From an uncultured Conexibacteraceae bacterium (GTDB taxonomy: Bacteria; Actinomycetota; Thermoleophilia; Solirubrobacterales; Solirubrobacteraceae): DNA of 64,000 nt. The notes beneath the pieces are model-generated. The model was not told the DNA's origin. It saw only the letters and a list, made by a program, of their open reading frames with translations, and did no database searches. A program made the position numbers and the translations under genes. The stretch spans positions 1,585,776-1,649,775 of the forward strand of contig CAVSTZ010000001.1 in the NCBI GenBank assembly GCA_963731005.1. Reading direction: 5' to 3'. Of this stretch, positions 30,111-43,665 are shown piece after piece (the stretch's first letter is position 1; every line of letters starts with the position of its first letter).

Positions 30111-31323
30111 CTACCGGCGGTCTGCCACGGCGCCACGCAGGCGATCGAGCCCTTCGGCGATCTCGGGCACGGTGTGGGTGGTGAACGAGAGGCGCAGCGT
30201 CGCGCGGTCCGGCGGCCCGGGGAAGAACGGCCAACCGGGGACGAACGCGACCTCGCGGGCGAGCGCGTCGGCCAGCAGCGCGTCGGCGTCCCAGCCGTCG
30301 GGGAGCGTCACCCAGACGAACATGCCGCCGTCGGGCCGCGTCCAGCGCGAGCCCTCCGGCAGCGTCTGCGGCAAGCCCGTCGACGAGCGCGTCGCGGCGC
30401 GGGCCGTAGGCGGCGCGCAGCCCGGCGATGTGCGCGTCGAGGTCGCAGTGCTGCAGCCAGTGGGCGGCGGCGGCCTGGTCGATCGTCGAGGTGTGCAGGT
30501 CGGCGGCCTGCTTGGCGACGACCAGCGCGCGGCGCAGCGCCGCCGGCGTCCGCAGCCAGCCGATCCGCAGGCCGGGGACCAACACCTTCGACAACGTCGA
30601 CAGCGCGATCGTCCGGTCCTGCGCGCCGTCCAGCGACGCGACGGGCGCGATCGGCTCGCCGCGGTAGCGCAGCTCGCCGTAGGGGTCGTCCTCCACGATC
30701 CACAGGCCCAGGCGCGCGGCGGCCTGCGCCAGCGCGGCGCGACGCTCGAGCGGCAGCGTCCGCCCGGTCGGGTTGTGGAAGGTCGGGACCGTGTAGAGCA
30801 GCTTTGGCCGCTCGCGGCGGACCAGCGCGGCCAGCGCCTCGGGGTCCAGCCCGTCGTCGTCGCACGGCACCGGGACGACGCGCGCGCCGGCCATCTGGAA
30901 GCACTGCAGCGCCGCGAGGTAGGACGGCTCCTCGACGAGCACCGCGTCGCCCGGCTCCAGCAGGACGGCCGCGATCAGCGTCAGCGCCTGCTGCGAGCCG
31001 CTGGTGATGAGGATGTCGTCGGCCTCGGTGGCCAGGCCGCGCGCGACCATGCGCCGGGCGATCGCCGCTCGCAGCGCCGGGTCGCCCTCGGTCGTCGAGT
31101 ACTGCAGCGTGCGGCCATAGGCCTCGTCCTCCAGCGCGGCGGCGAACGCCGCGCGCAGGCCGGCCGCGTCGAAGAGCTCGGGCGCCGGCAGGCCGCCGGC
31201 GAACGAGATGACGCCGGGCTGCTGGGTCAGCGCGAGGATCTCGCGGACCGGTGAGCCGGCGACATCGCGCAGCCGCGCGGCCAGGGGCGGCGGGGCCGTC
31301 GAGATCTGGGGCGCGCGACTCAT
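30111..31323 (-). CDS. PLP-dependent aminotransferase class I/II (LysN/ARO8-like); one frameshift near 30370
   Basis: ISFAGGLP, ITSGSQQAL, YTVPTFHNPTG, EDDPYGEL, LSTLSKVLVPGLRIGW, PDGGMFVW, LRLSF. Confidence 0.93.
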
Positions 31324-31335
31324 GCCGCGAGGATG

Positions 31336-32709
31336 CTACATCCCGTAGGACTCCAACAACTTGAGCCAGACCTCGCTGCGCGTCGGGAAGGCGGGCACCG
31401 CGTGCCAGAGCTCGTCCAGCGGGATCGCGGCCACGACGGCGATCGTCGCCGCGTGCAGCCACTCGGCGACGTCGACGCCGACGAAGGTCGCGCCGACGAT
31501 CACGCCGCGATCCTCGTCGACGACGATCCGCGACGTGCCGCCCGTGCCCCTGCCGTGAAACGAGGCGCCCGCGGTTCCGTCGGTCGGGACGTCGACCGCG
31601 CGCACGCGCAGGCCCGCCGCGATCGCGCTGTCGAGCGTGTGGCCGACCGCCGCGACCTGCGGCTCGGTGAACGTCACCCGCGGGGGCGGGCCGGCGGCCC
31701 GCACGCGCGCGTCGATCCCGCAGATCTGGTCGGCCGCCGCGCGCGCCTGGTACTTGCCCTCGTGGGTCAGCAGCGACTTGCCGTTGGCGTCGCCGACGAC
31801 GTAGAGCCAGTCGTGGCCGGCCACGCGCAGGTCGTCGCCGACCTCGATCGGCTCGGCCGACCCATCCAGCCCGACGGCCTCCAGGCCCAGGTCCTCCGTC
31901 AGGTGCCGGCGCCCCGATGCCACCAGGATCTCGTCGGCCTCCAGCGTCCCGTGCGTGGTGGTCTTCACCGTCACGCGCCCGTCCTCGCCGCGCACCACCG
32001 ATTGCGCCCGCACATCGGTCAGGACGTCAACGCCATCGGCCTTCAGGCCGGCCGCCACCTGCTCGGCGGCAAACGGCTCGTCGCGCTCCAGGATGTGGGA
32101 CTCGCGCTCCAGCAGCGTCACGTCGGAGCCCAGCGTCGCGAACGCCTGCGCCAGCTCCGCGCCCACCGGCCCGCCGCCGATGACGATCAGCGACGCCGGC
32201 ACCGCGTCGGTCACCGTCGCCTCGCGGTTGGTCCACGGCTGTGCCTCGGCGAGGCCGTCGATCGGCGGGATCAGCGGCGCCGTGCCGACCGCCACGACGA
32301 CCGCGCGGCGCGCGCGCAGGATCGTCTCGCCCACGTGGACGACGAGCTTGCCCGCGAGGTGCCCGTGACCCCGCACGAGCAGGATGCCGCGCTGCTCGAG
32401 CCACGGCAGCTGCCCGCTGTCGTCCAACCCGTGGACGACCGCGGTGCGCCGCGCCAGCGCCGCCGCGACATCCAGCGTGCCCGTCGCCGCCTCCGCCGCA
32501 CCCGGCACCCGCCGGACCTCGGCCAGCGCCTGGGCCGGACGCAGCAGCGCCTTGGACGGCATGCACGCCCAGTAGGAGCACTCGCCGCCGACCAGCCGGT
32601 CCTCGACGATCGCGACCTGCAGGTCGCGGTCGCCCAGCCGCCCGGCGATGACCTCGCCCGCCGGTCCGGCGCCCAAGACCACCACGTCGACCTCATGGAC
32701 CTCGCTCAT
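31336..32709 (-). CDS. Flavin disulfide oxidoreductase (dihydrolipoamide dehydrogenase/mercuric reductase family)
   Basis: LGAGPAG, redox motif GGECSYWACMPSKAL, IGGGPVGAE, VGDANG, C-terminal HAVPAFPTRSE. Confidence 0.93.
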   Translation of the reverse strand: MSEVHEVDVVVLGAGPAGEVIAGRLGDRDLQVAIVEDRLVGGECSYWACMPSKALLRPAQALAEVRRVPGAAEAATGTLDVAAALARRTAVVHGLDDSGQLPWLEQRGILLVRGHGHLAGKLVVHVGETILRARRAVVVAVGTAPLIPPIDGLAEAQPWTNREATVTDAVPASLIVIGGGPVGAELAQAFATLGSDVTLLERESHILERDEPFAAEQVAAGLKADGVDVLTDVRAQSVVRGEDGRVTVKTTTHGTLEADEILVASGRRHLTEDLGLEAVGLDGSAEPIEVGDDLRVAGHDWLYVVGDANGKSLLTHEGKYQARAAADQICGIDARVRAAGPPPRVTFTEPQVAAVGHTLDSAIAAGLRVRAVDVPTDGTAGASFHGRGTGGTSRIVVDEDRGVIVGATFVGVDVAEWLHAATIAVVAAIPLDELWHAVPAFPTRSEVWLKLLESYGM

Positions 32710-33002
32710 CACCCTCCGGCCTTCCACGTGCGAAACGCGTCGAGCAGCTCGCGCTCGACCTCCGGCTCCAACGCCTCCGGGTCGAGGTGTCCAACGACGC
32801 GCAACGTCACGCGCATCTGCTCCAAGTAGGCGCCGCAGTGCTCGCAGCCCGCGATGTGGGCCTCGAAGCGCGCGCGATCGCGCGCGTCCATCCCATGCTC
32901 GAGGTACTCGGTGACGAGCTCGACCAGCTCACGGCAGGCCAAGCCACCGGGCGGGGAAGTCGCCGGTCGCCTGCGCCAGGGAAGCCATCGTCGCGAGCTC
33001 AT
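32709..33002 (-). CDS. Zinc-finger (zf-HC2) anti-sigma factor
   Basis: CRELVELVTEYLE..FEAHIAGCEHC (HxxxCxxC); overlaps both neighbours. Confidence 0.88.
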   Translation of the reverse strand: MSSRRWLPWRRRPATSPPGGLACRELVELVTEYLEHGMDARDRARFEAHIAGCEHCGAYLEQMRVTLRVVGHLDPEALEPEVERELLDAFRTWKAGG

Positions 33003-33631
33003 GATGCGTTCCAGTCTTCGAGCGCCTTGCGCACTTTGGTGCGCGCACGATGCAGGAGGACCCGCTGGTTGGTCTCCGTCAGGTCCAAGACGTTGCGCAC
33101 CTCGTCCGACGACAGCCCTTCGAGGTCGCGCAGCGTGATCACGATCTTCTGGCGCTCGGGCAATTCGTCGATGGCCGCGCGGGCGACCCGCAGCGCCTCG
33201 GCGGAGTCCAGCGCGGCCTCCGGATCGTCGCGCCAGTCGGCCGGCGCCGACGTCCAGGCGCCCTCGGAGGTGAAGCGCGCCGGGTCGACCGTCGGCCCCT
33301 CGTCGCCGTCCTCGTCGGCGCCACCGCCCACCGACGCGAACGGGATCGAGCGGTGCTCGCGCACGCCGCGCGTCTTGGCGCGGTTGACCAGGATCCGGAA
33401 GAGCCACGTCTTGAACGACGAGCGCCCTTCGAAACGTTCCAGGCCACGGACGACCGCGACCCAGGTCTCCTGGACGACGTCCTCGGCCAGCGCGTCGGTC
33501 GGCACGTACATCCGCGCGAGGCGCAGCAGCATCGGCGAGTAGCGCCGCACGAGGAGCGCGAACGCCTCCTCGTCCCCACCACGTGCACGCTCGACCAGAT
33601 CCAGGTCGTCGACGGGCGAGCGAGGCGGCAT
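32999..33631 (-). CDS. ECF RNA polymerase sigma factor
   Basis: AEDVVQETWVAV..FEGRSSFKTWLFRILVN, LPERQKIVITLRD, NQRVLLHRAR. Confidence 0.92.
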   Translation of the reverse strand: MPPRSPVDDLDLVERARGGDEEAFALLVRRYSPMLLRLARMYVPTDALAEDVVQETWVAVVRGLERFEGRSSFKTWLFRILVNRAKTRGVREHRSIPFASVGGGADEDGDEGPTVDPARFTSEGAWTSAPADWRDDPEAALDSAEALRVARAAIDELPERQKIVITLRDLEGLSSDEVRNVLDLTETNQRVLLHRARTKVRKALEDWNAS

Positions 33632-33691
33632 CGGTCGCGACAATAGCCCGTCCACGCGGCCCGATCGCCGGCGTGAGAAGGTGCCGAGGCG

Positions 33692-34600
33692 ATGGCACAG
33701 CGATTCATCGGGGTCGACGTCGGCGGGACGAAGGTCTCCGTCGCGGTGCTGGAGGGCGCCAAGCTCTCCGAGCCGACCCTGCGCCCGACCGTGCTCGACA
33801 GCTCCGAGGGGCTGATCGACCAGCTCGCCGAGCTGATCGAGGCCGCCGGCCCCGCCGACGCGGTCGGCATCGGCGTGCCGTCGGTGATCGACTTCGCGAC
33901 CGGCACCGCGCGCCATTCGGTCAACGTGCCGCTCCAGGACGTGCCGCTGCGCCGCATCCTCACCGAGCGCCTCAAGCTCCCGGTCTTCGTCGACAACGAC
34001 GCGACGGTCGCCGCGCTGGCCGAGGCCCACGACGACGACCTCAACCAGATCGCCCAGAGCCTGGTCCTGTTCACGATCGGCACCGGCGTCGGCGGCGGCA
34101 TCGTCATCGGCGGACGCATCTACCGCGGCGCGACCGGCGGCGCGGCCGAGCTCGGCCATCAGCTCGTCGGCGCCGACCTCTCGGCCGGCGCGCCGCCGCA
34201 CGCCGACGAGGCGCCGCAGCCCGGGTCGCTCGAGCGGCTCGCGGCCGGCCGCGCGCTCGACGCGCTGGGCCGCGAGCGCGGGTTCGACGACGGACCGGCC
34301 GTGGTGACCGCGGCCCGCGCCGGGGACGCCTCTGGCCTGGAGGCGATCCACATCCTCGGCGAGCGGCTCGGCGTCGGCATCGCCAACGCCATCAACGTCT
34401 TCGATCCCGAGCAGGTCGTCATCGGCGGCGGCGTCAGCGCGGCCGGCGAGCTGCTGCTGGAGCCCGCGCGCGCGGTCGCCCGGCGGTTCGTCCTGCCGGG
34501 CGTGGGAACCCGGACCGAGATCCGGCTCGCCCGCTACGGGCCACAGGCCGGCGTCCGCGGGGCGGCCCTGCTGGCCGGCCAGGAAGTGCTCAACTCGTGA
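33692..34600 (+). CDS. ROK family sugar kinase (glucokinase-like)
   Basis: GVDVGGTK, VDNDATVAALAE, TIGTGVGGG, AELGH, IGGGVS. Confidence 0.9.
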   Translation: MAQRFIGVDVGGTKVSVAVLEGAKLSEPTLRPTVLDSSEGLIDQLAELIEAAGPADAVGIGVPSVIDFATGTARHSVNVPLQDVPLRRILTERLKLPVFVDNDATVAALAEAHDDDLNQIAQSLVLFTIGTGVGGGIVIGGRIYRGATGGAAELGHQLVGADLSAGAPPHADEAPQPGSLERLAAGRALDALGRERGFDDGPAVVTAARAGDASGLEAIHILGERLGVGIANAINVFDPEQVVIGGGVSAAGELLLEPARAVARRFVLPGVGTRTEIRLARYGPQAGVRGAALLAGQEVLNS

Positions 34601-34663
34601 ACTGCCGGGTTGCCCTCCGCGATCGGTCGTAGGATCGAGTGCAGAGACCTAGGAGGCAACACC

Positions 34664-37422
34664 ATGAGCAGCGCCGCATCCGTCAACGAGCGCCTCGCGC
34701 GCCTGACCGCGGCGGGCACGAGCATCTGGCTCGACCAGATCCAGCGATCGCTGACCCAGGGCGGCGAGCTCGCGCCGGCTGGTCGAGGAGGACTCGCCTG
34801 CGCGGCGATGACCTCCAACCCGGCGATCTTCGAGAAGGCGATCCTCGGCTCGACCGAGTACGACGAGCAGATCGCCGAGCTGTCGCCGACGAGGGCGCCG
34901 ACGCGCGCGCGAGATCTACCAGGCGATCGCGATCCAGGACGTCCAGGAGGCCGCCGACGTCCTGCGCCCGGTCTACGACGAGACCGACGGCTACGACGGC
35001 TACGTCTCGCTGGAGGTCGACCCCGACCTCGCCTTCGACACCGCAAGACGATCGCGCAGGCCCGGAGTACTGGGACCGGGTCGACCGCCCCAACCTGATG
35101 ATCAAGATCCCGGGCACCGACGAGGGCCTGCCGGCGATCGAGCAGGCGCTCTACGAGGGCATCAACATCAACGTGACGCTGCTGTTCAAGGTCGTCGCAG
35201 TACGAGAAGGTCATCGAGGCGTTCATCGCGCGGCCTGGAGCGCCGCCTGGACGAGGGCAAGCCGGTCGCCGGCATCCACTCCGTCGCGTCGTTCTTCGTC
35301 TCGCGCGTCGACACCGAGGTCGACAAGCGCCTGGAGGCTCGGCGACGCCGACGCGTCGCTGTTCGGCACGGCCGGCGCTCGCCAACGCGCGCGCCGCCTA
35401 CCAGGCGCTTCCAGAAGGTCTTCGAGGGCGAGCGCTTCGCGACGCTGCGCGAGGCCGGCGCGCCGGTGCAGCGCCCGCTGTGGGCGTCGACCGGCGTCAA
35501 GAACCCCAAGTACCCCGACACGCTGTACGTCGACGAGCTCGTCGGCGCCCGAGACGGTCAACACGATGCCGATGGCGACGCTGAAGGCCGCGGCGCGACC
35601 ACAGCGAGGTCACCGAGCCGCGCGTGCGGATCGACCCGCCGCCGACCTCAAGGCGCTGGCCGACGCGGGCATCGACCTCGACGACGTCACCGACAAGCTG
35701 CTGCGCGACGGCATCGACGCGTTCGTCACGCCGATGGAGCAAGCTGCTCGACGGCATCGAGTCCAAGCGCGAAGGCGATGGCCTCGATGGCCGCGACCCC
35801 CGCGGCGATCGACGCATCGATCCCCGAGCGCTGTACGAGCCGGCGATCGACGCGCGCCTGGCCCGCGCGCAGGCCGACGACGTCGCGCGCCGGATCTTCG
35901 GCGCAGGACGACACGCTCTGGGGCGCCCGCGGGCCAGCCCGAGGTCAGCCAACCGCCTCGGCTGGCTGACGTCCACGACCGCCTGCTCGCCGAGGTCGAC
36001 GACCTCGAGGCCTTCGCGAAGGCCGCCCACGCCGACGGCCTGACCGAGGCCGTCGTGCTCGGCATGGGCGGCTCGTCGCTGGCGCCCGAGGTCTTCCGGC
36101 GCTCGTTCGGCACGCACGCCGACGGGCTGATCCTGCACGTGCTCGACTCGACCGACGCCGACGCGGTGCGCGACGTCGAGGCCGAGATCGACCTCGACCA
36201 AGGCGCTGTTCGTCGTCTCCTCGAAGTCGGGCGGGACGATCGAGACGCTGTCGGCCTTCCACTACTTCTGGGAGCAGACGGGCGGCGACGGCGCGCAGTT
36301 CGTCGCCGTCACCGATCCGGGCTCGGGCGCTCGCGGCGCTGGGCGAGGAGCACGGCTTCCGCCGCACCTTCCTCAACGACCCCGACATCGGCGGGCGCTA
36401 CAGCGCGCTGTCGTACTTCGGGCTCGTGCCGGCGGCGCTGCTGGGCGTCGACCTGCGCGCGCTGCTGGACGGCGCGGCGGACGCTGGAGGCCTCGCTGCG
36501 CAACCCCGATCCCGCCGCCAACCCCGGCCTGTGGCTCGGCTGCGCGCTCGGCGAGCTCGCGCTCGCGCGGCCGCGACAAGCTGACGTTCGTCGTCGACGC
36601 GCCGATCGAGTCCTTCGGCCTGTGGGTCGAGCAGCTGATCGCCGAGTCGACCGGCAAGCACGGCAAGGGCGTGCTGCCGGTCGCCGACGAGCCGCTCGGC
36701 GCGCCCGAGCGCCTACGGCGAGCGACCGCGTGTTCGTCCACCTGCGCGACGCGCGACGCCGACGCCGACGCTCGACGACGACGACGTCGCCGCGCGCCTC
36801 GCCGAGGCCGGCCAGCCGGTGCATCACGATCGCGCGCCGCACGGCGCCGCCGACCTCGGGCGCATCATGTTCTTCTTCGAGTTCGCGACCGCGGTCGTCG
36901 GCTGGGTGCTGGAGATCAACCCGTTCGACCAGCCCAACGTGCAGGAGGCCAAGGACAAGACCAAGGAGGTGCTGTCCATGGACACGCCGCCCGCGATCGA
37001 CGAGGCTCAGGCCGACGCGCTCACGACGCTGCTCGCCGCCGCGCCCGCCGCCCTACGTCGCGATCAGGGCTACGTCGCCGCCCACGCCCGAGTTCGACGG
37101 CGAGGTCGCCGAGCTGCGCGCGCTGATCCGCGACCGCACGACCATGGCCACCACCTTCGGCTACGGCCCGCGCTATCCTGCACTCGACCGGCCAGCTCCA
37201 CAAGGGCGGCCCGCCGACGGGGCGGTTCCTGCAGCTGCTCGCACGACGGCCGACGACGACGTCGACGATCCCCGGCGCAGCCGCTACACCTTCGAGACCC
37301 TCAAGCGCGCGCAGGCCGACGGCGACCTGCTCATCCTGCGCGACCACGGCCTGCCCGCGGAGCGCATCGTGCTCCGCGGCGACCCGGTCGCGGCGCTGCG
37401 CACCATCAAGGAGAACCTCTAA
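34664..37422 (+). CDS. tal-pgi: Bifunctional transaldolase / glucose-6-phosphate isomerase; heavily frameshifted
   Basis: TAL motifs: [50 protein letters not shown] motifs: [54 protein letters not shown]. Confidence 0.88.
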
Positions 37423-37425
37423 CCC

Positions 37426-38367
<942 letters not shown>

Positions 38368-38376
38368 GGGATCCAG

Positions 38377-39919
38377 GTGACCGACGTCAAGCTGGGCGAG
38401 ACGCCCGACAACCCGCTCGTCGAAGGGCTCGAGCGGCTGCCGGTCCACCCCACGACGCTGGTGATCTTCGGCGCGACCGGCGACCTGGCCCGCCGCAAGC
38501 TGCTGCCGGCGATCTACAACCTCGCGCACGAGGGCGCGCTGCCCGAGCGCTTCAACCTCGTCGGCTCGTCGCGCAGCGAGATGAGCCGACGACGAGTTCC
38601 GCGACGCAGGCCGCCGAGGCGATCCGGCAGTTCAGCCGCGCGCGAGCCCGACGAGACGGTGCTCAAGGAGCTGCTCGCAAACGTCCGCTACGTCAGCGGC
38701 ACGTTCGACGAGGACTCGGTCTACGAGGCGCTGGGCGAGCACCTCGACGGCTTCGACGAGGACGCCGGCCAGCCGCTCAACCGCGCGTTCTACCTGTCGA
38801 CCGCGCCGGAGTTCTTCCCGGTCATCATCGAGCAGCTCGGCAAGCACAAGCTCAACCGCCACGAGGGCGCCGAGGTCCGCGCGATCATCGAGAAGCCGTT
38901 CGGGACGACGCTCGCCGAGGCGCGCGAGCTCAACCACCGCGTGCTGTCGGTCTTCAAGGAGCGCCAGGTCTTCCGCATCGACCACTACCTCGGCAAGGAG
39001 ACCGTCCAGAACCTGCTGGCGTTCCGGTTCGCCAACGGCCTGTTCGAGCCGGTGTGGAACCGCAACTACATCGACCACGTCCAGATCACGGCGGCCGAGG
39101 ACCTCGGCGATCGGCACGCGCGCCGGCTACTACGACAACGCCGGCGCGCTGCGCGACCTCGTCCAGAACCACATGCTCCAGCTGCTGTGCTACGTGGCGA
39201 TGGAGCCGCCGGTGCACTTCGACGGCCGACGAGGTCCGCGACGAGAAGGTCAAGGTCCTGCGCTCGGTCGATCACGCCGACGGCCGAGACCGTCGACGCG
39301 ATCGCGGTCCGCGCCCAGTACACGCCGGGCACCGTCGGCGGCGAGGACGTCACGGGCTACCTCGAGGAGGACGGCGTCCCGCGGACTCCAACACCGAGAC
39401 CTACGCGGCGCTGCGCCTGGAGATCGACAACTGGCGCTGGGCCGGCGTGCCGTTCTACCTGCGCACCGGCAAGCGGCTGGCGCGCAAGGTGACCGAGATC
39501 GCCGTCACGCTGAAGCCGGTGCCGCACCTCGCGTTCAGCCAGGACGGCTCGGTCGGCGTGCGGCCCAACCAGCTGTCCTGACGATGCAGCCCAACGAGGG
39601 CGTGTCGCTCTCGCTCGGCGCCAAGATCCCCGGCACGCGCATGCGGATCCGGCCGGTCAACATGGAGTTCCTCTACGGCACTCGTTCATGTCGCAGTCGC
39701 CGGAGGCCTACGAGCGGCTGATCCTCGACGCGATGCGCGGCGACGCGACGCTCTTCACGCGCAACGACGAGGTCGAGGCGCAGTGGGAGATCTGCGACCC
39801 GATCGTCACGCGTGGGAGAACGACGCCGGGGCCGCTGCCGACCGTACGAGGCCGGCACGCAGGGCCCGCCGAGGCCGACAGGCTGCTCGAGCACGGCGCC
39901 CAGCTGGCGCGCGATCTAG
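38377..39919 (+). CDS. zwf: Glucose-6-phosphate 1-dehydrogenase; frameshifted
   Basis: [48 protein letters not shown]. Confidence 0.95.
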
Positions 39920-39928
39920 GCGCGACTG

Positions 39929-41016
39929 ATGGCCACCGTCGACACGGTCTGGCGCGCGCAGCGACACCAAGCCCGGCGCGATCGAGGCCGCGCTGCGCGC
40001 CTCGCTGTCGCAGATCCACCGCGAGAACGCCGGCTACGTGCCGGCGCGCGTGCTCAACCTCGTCTGCATCGTCGACAAGGAGTGGAGCGGCGAGATCGCC
40101 AACCGGCTGCGCCGCGTCGGGCGCTACCACCCGTCGCGCACGATCGTCTGCTCGGTCGAGCCCGGGCGCACGACGCTCGACGCGGTCGCGACGATCGCGG
40201 CGCCGTCGCGAGGTCAGCGCCGGGCGAGATCGGGCTGCTGCGCGAGACGATCGTCGTCGAGTGCGGCGACGCGCCACCTCGCCGCACCTCGACCGCATCG
40301 TCGACCCGCTCGTCGTCACCGACCTGCTGACGCTGCGTCTGGTCGCCGCACGGCCACGCCGAGGCCGTCGACGCGCTGCTGGACCTGGCCCAGATCGTGC
40401 TGCTCGACCGCGTCGACGAGCCCGACCCGGCCGACGCGCTCGCACCGCGCGCGCGAGCTCTCGGACAAGGCCTACGTCGTCGACCTCGCGTGGCTGCGCT
40501 CGACGCCGTGGCGCGAGCGGATCGCCGCGACGTTCGACCCGCCGCCGCTGCGCCCCGAGCTGCGCACGATCTCGCTCGGTGACGATCCGCCACCACCCCG
40601 ACTCGGCGGCGGCGGCGCTGCTGCTGCTCGGCTGGCTGGCGTCGCGGCTGGACTGGCAGCCCGAGCCCGCTGATGGCGCCACGGCGGCGGCCTGCGAGGG
40701 CTCGGCCCACGCGCCGCCGCCAGGACATCGAGCTGCGCGCTGGAGCCCGACCCGACGCTGCAGGTGCCGCGGCCTCGCCGGCCTGACGCTCGAGACGGCC
40801 GTCGGGCCGCTCGCTCGCGCTCGGACCGCGGCCCCGGCGGCCTGCGCGCCGCGCTACCGCCACACGCGCGGCACCGAGCGCGAGTGGACGATCCTCGGCG
40901 CCTCGCGCGGCGAGGCCGGGCATCCTCGGCGAGGGCATCCGCCAGGCGCTGCTGCGCGACCCGACCTACGCGCCGGCGCTGACGCGCAGGGCGCTGCCGA
41001 GCTGACGCGGAGCTGA
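39929..41016 (+). CDS. opcA: G6PDH assembly protein OpcA; frameshifted
   Basis: Follows zwf; [44 protein letters not shown]. Confidence 0.85.
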
Positions 41017-41026
41017 TCGCCCGGCG

Positions 41027-42980
41027 ATGAGACAGATCGTCGGCGACGTGCCGCTGGGCGGCAGCCCGTTCCCGCCGATCGCGGACTACGCGCTTCCTGT
41101 CGGACTGCGAGACGACGCGCGCTCGTCGCGCCGAGCGGCAACGTCGAGTGGATGTGCCTGCCGCGGTTCGACTCGCCGCGCGTCTTCGGCGCGATCCTCG
41201 ACCGCGACGCCGGCAGCTTCCGCCTCGGCCCGGCCGACGCAGACGTGCCCGGCCGGCCGGCGCTACCTGCCGGGCACGATGGTCCTCGAGACGACCTGGG
41301 GCACGCGCACGCGGCTGGATCATCGTCCGCGACGTGCTGCTGATCGGCCCGTGGCACCACGAGGACGAGCGCTCGCACACGCACCGCCGCGCGCCCGACC
41401 GACTACGACGCCGACCACGTGCTGCTGCGCACGCTGCGCTGCGTCAACGGCGCGGTCCAGATGCAACCTCGACTGCGAGCCGATGCTTCGACTACGGCGC
41501 GCACGCCGGCGCACGTGGGAGTACACCGGCGACGGCTACCACGAGGCGATCGCGACGGCGCCGAGGGCTGCGACCTCGAGCTGCACGCTGACGACCGACC
41601 TGCGCCTCGGCTTCGAGGGCCGCGCGCGCCCGCGCCCGCACGACGCTGCGCGAGGGCGACATCGCCGTTCGTCGCGCTGTCGTGGTCCGAGCACGCGCGC
41701 GCCGCAGACCTACGACGAGGCCTACAGCCGCCTCGTGCGCACCGCCGACTACTGGCAGGAGTGGCTCGCCCACGGCGAGTTCCCCGACCACCCGTGGCGC
41801 GCGCTACCTGCAGCGCAGCGCGCTGACGCTGAAGGGCCTGACCTACGCGCCGACCGGCGCGATGGTCGCCGCGGCGACGACGTCGCTGCCCGAGACGCCC
41901 GGCGGCGAGCGCAACTGGGACTACCGCTACTCGCTGGATCCGCGACTCGACGTTCATGCTCTGGGGCCTCTACACGCTCGGCTTCGACTGGGAGGCCAAC
42001 GACTTCTTCTACTTCATCGCCGACGTCGCCGACGGCGACGACGACCTGCAGATCATGTACGGGATCGGCGGCGAGCGCGAGCTCGACCGAGCACGACGCT
42101 CGACCACCTCGACGGCTACGAGGGCGCCCGGCCGGTGCGCGATCGGCAACGGCGCCTACGACCAGCAGCAGCACGACGTCTGGGGCGCGATGCTCGACTC
42201 GGTCTACCTGCACACGAAGTCGCGCGACGAGCTGCCCGAGACGCGTCTGGCCGATGCTCATGCCGCCAGGTCGAGGCGGCGATCGAGCACTGGCGCGAGC
42301 CCGACCGCGGCATCTGGGAGGTGCGCGGCGAGCCGAAGCACTTCACGTCGTCGAAGGTCATGTGCTGGGTCGCCTGCGACCGCGGCGCGCGGCTGGCGCG
42401 GCTGCGCGAGGACCACGAGCGCGCCGACGCGCTGGCAGGCCGCCGCCGACGAGATCCACGCCGACATCTGCGAGCAACGGCGTCGACGAGCGCGGCGTCT
42501 TCACCCAGCACTACGACACCGACGCGCTCGACGCCTCGCTGCTGCTGATGCCGCTCGTGCGCTTCCTGCCGCGCCGACGACCCGCGGATCGTCGCGACCG
42601 TCCTGGCGATCGCCGACGAGCTGACCGAGGACGGCCTGGTGCTGCGCTACCGCGTCGAGGAGACCGACGACGGCCTCGACCGGCGAGGAGGGCACGTTCA
42701 CGATCTGCTCGTTCTGGCTCGTGTCGGCGCTGGCCGAGATCGGCGAGACGCGCAGCGCGCCCGCGAGCTGTGCGAGAAGCTGCTCGTCGCTACGCGTCAG
42801 CCCGCTGCTGCTCTACGCCGAGGAGATCGACCCGCGCACCGGCCGCCACCTCGGCAACTTCCCGCAGGCGTTCACGCACCTCGCGCTGATCAACGCGGTC
42901 ATGCACGTGATCCGCGCCGACCAGGAGCTCGCGCTCGCACCAGCAGCCGCTGGACGCCGCGGCGCCAGCGAGGAGTCAGC
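41027..42980 (+). CDS. Glycoside hydrolase family 15 (trehalase/glucoamylase-like); frameshifted, end approximate
   Basis: [64 protein letters not shown]. Confidence 0.92.
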
Positions 42981-42981
42981 C

Positions 42982-43661
42982 ATGCCCGTCCAGCGTCGTC
43001 CGCCAGCCCGACGCCGAGGCGGTCGCGCGCCACGCCGCGCGCGACGCTCGTCGCGGCGATCGCAGCGACGCGCGCGAGGCGCGCGGCGTCGCCCACGTCG
43101 CGCTGGCCGGCGGCACGACGCCGCTGCGCTGCTACGAGCTGCTCGACGGCCAGCTCGACGACTGGAGCGACGTCCACCTCTGGTACGGCGACGAGCGCTG
43201 CGTGCCGCTCGACGACCCGGAGTCCAACCACGGCCAGGTCAAGGAGCGCGCTGCGCGCGCGCGGCGCGCGTCTGGCACCCGATGCCCGGCGACGCTCGGG
43301 CCCGTCGGAGGGCGCGATCGAGTACAGCCGCGCGCTCGACGGCGACGATCCTCGACATCACCCACCTCGGGATGGGCCCCGACGGCCACACCGCGTCGCT
43401 GTTCCCCAACCACCCGCTGCTCGGCGCCCACGGCGTCGCGGCCGGCATCAGCGACTCGCCCAAGCCGCCGCCGCGAGCGCATCACGCTGACGCTGCCCAA
43501 GCTCAACGCGTCGCGCCGGATCGTCCTGATGGTCACCGGCGAGGGCAAGGCCGAGGCGCTTGGCGCGCGTCATGGCCGGGCCGGACCGCACCTACCCCGC
43601 GTCGCTGCTGGACCGCGCCAAGCTGCTGGTCATGGCCGACAACGCGGCGCTGCCGGCCTAG
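42982..43661 (+). CDS. pgl: 6-phosphogluconolactonase; frameshifted
   Basis: [49 protein letters not shown]. Confidence 0.9.
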
Positions 43662-43665
43662 GCCG

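Noticed and set aside
29683-31323. 546-aa aminotransferase fusion ORF
   Set aside because: The true aminotransferase C-terminus continues in another frame and stops at 30111. The join is caused by one indel.
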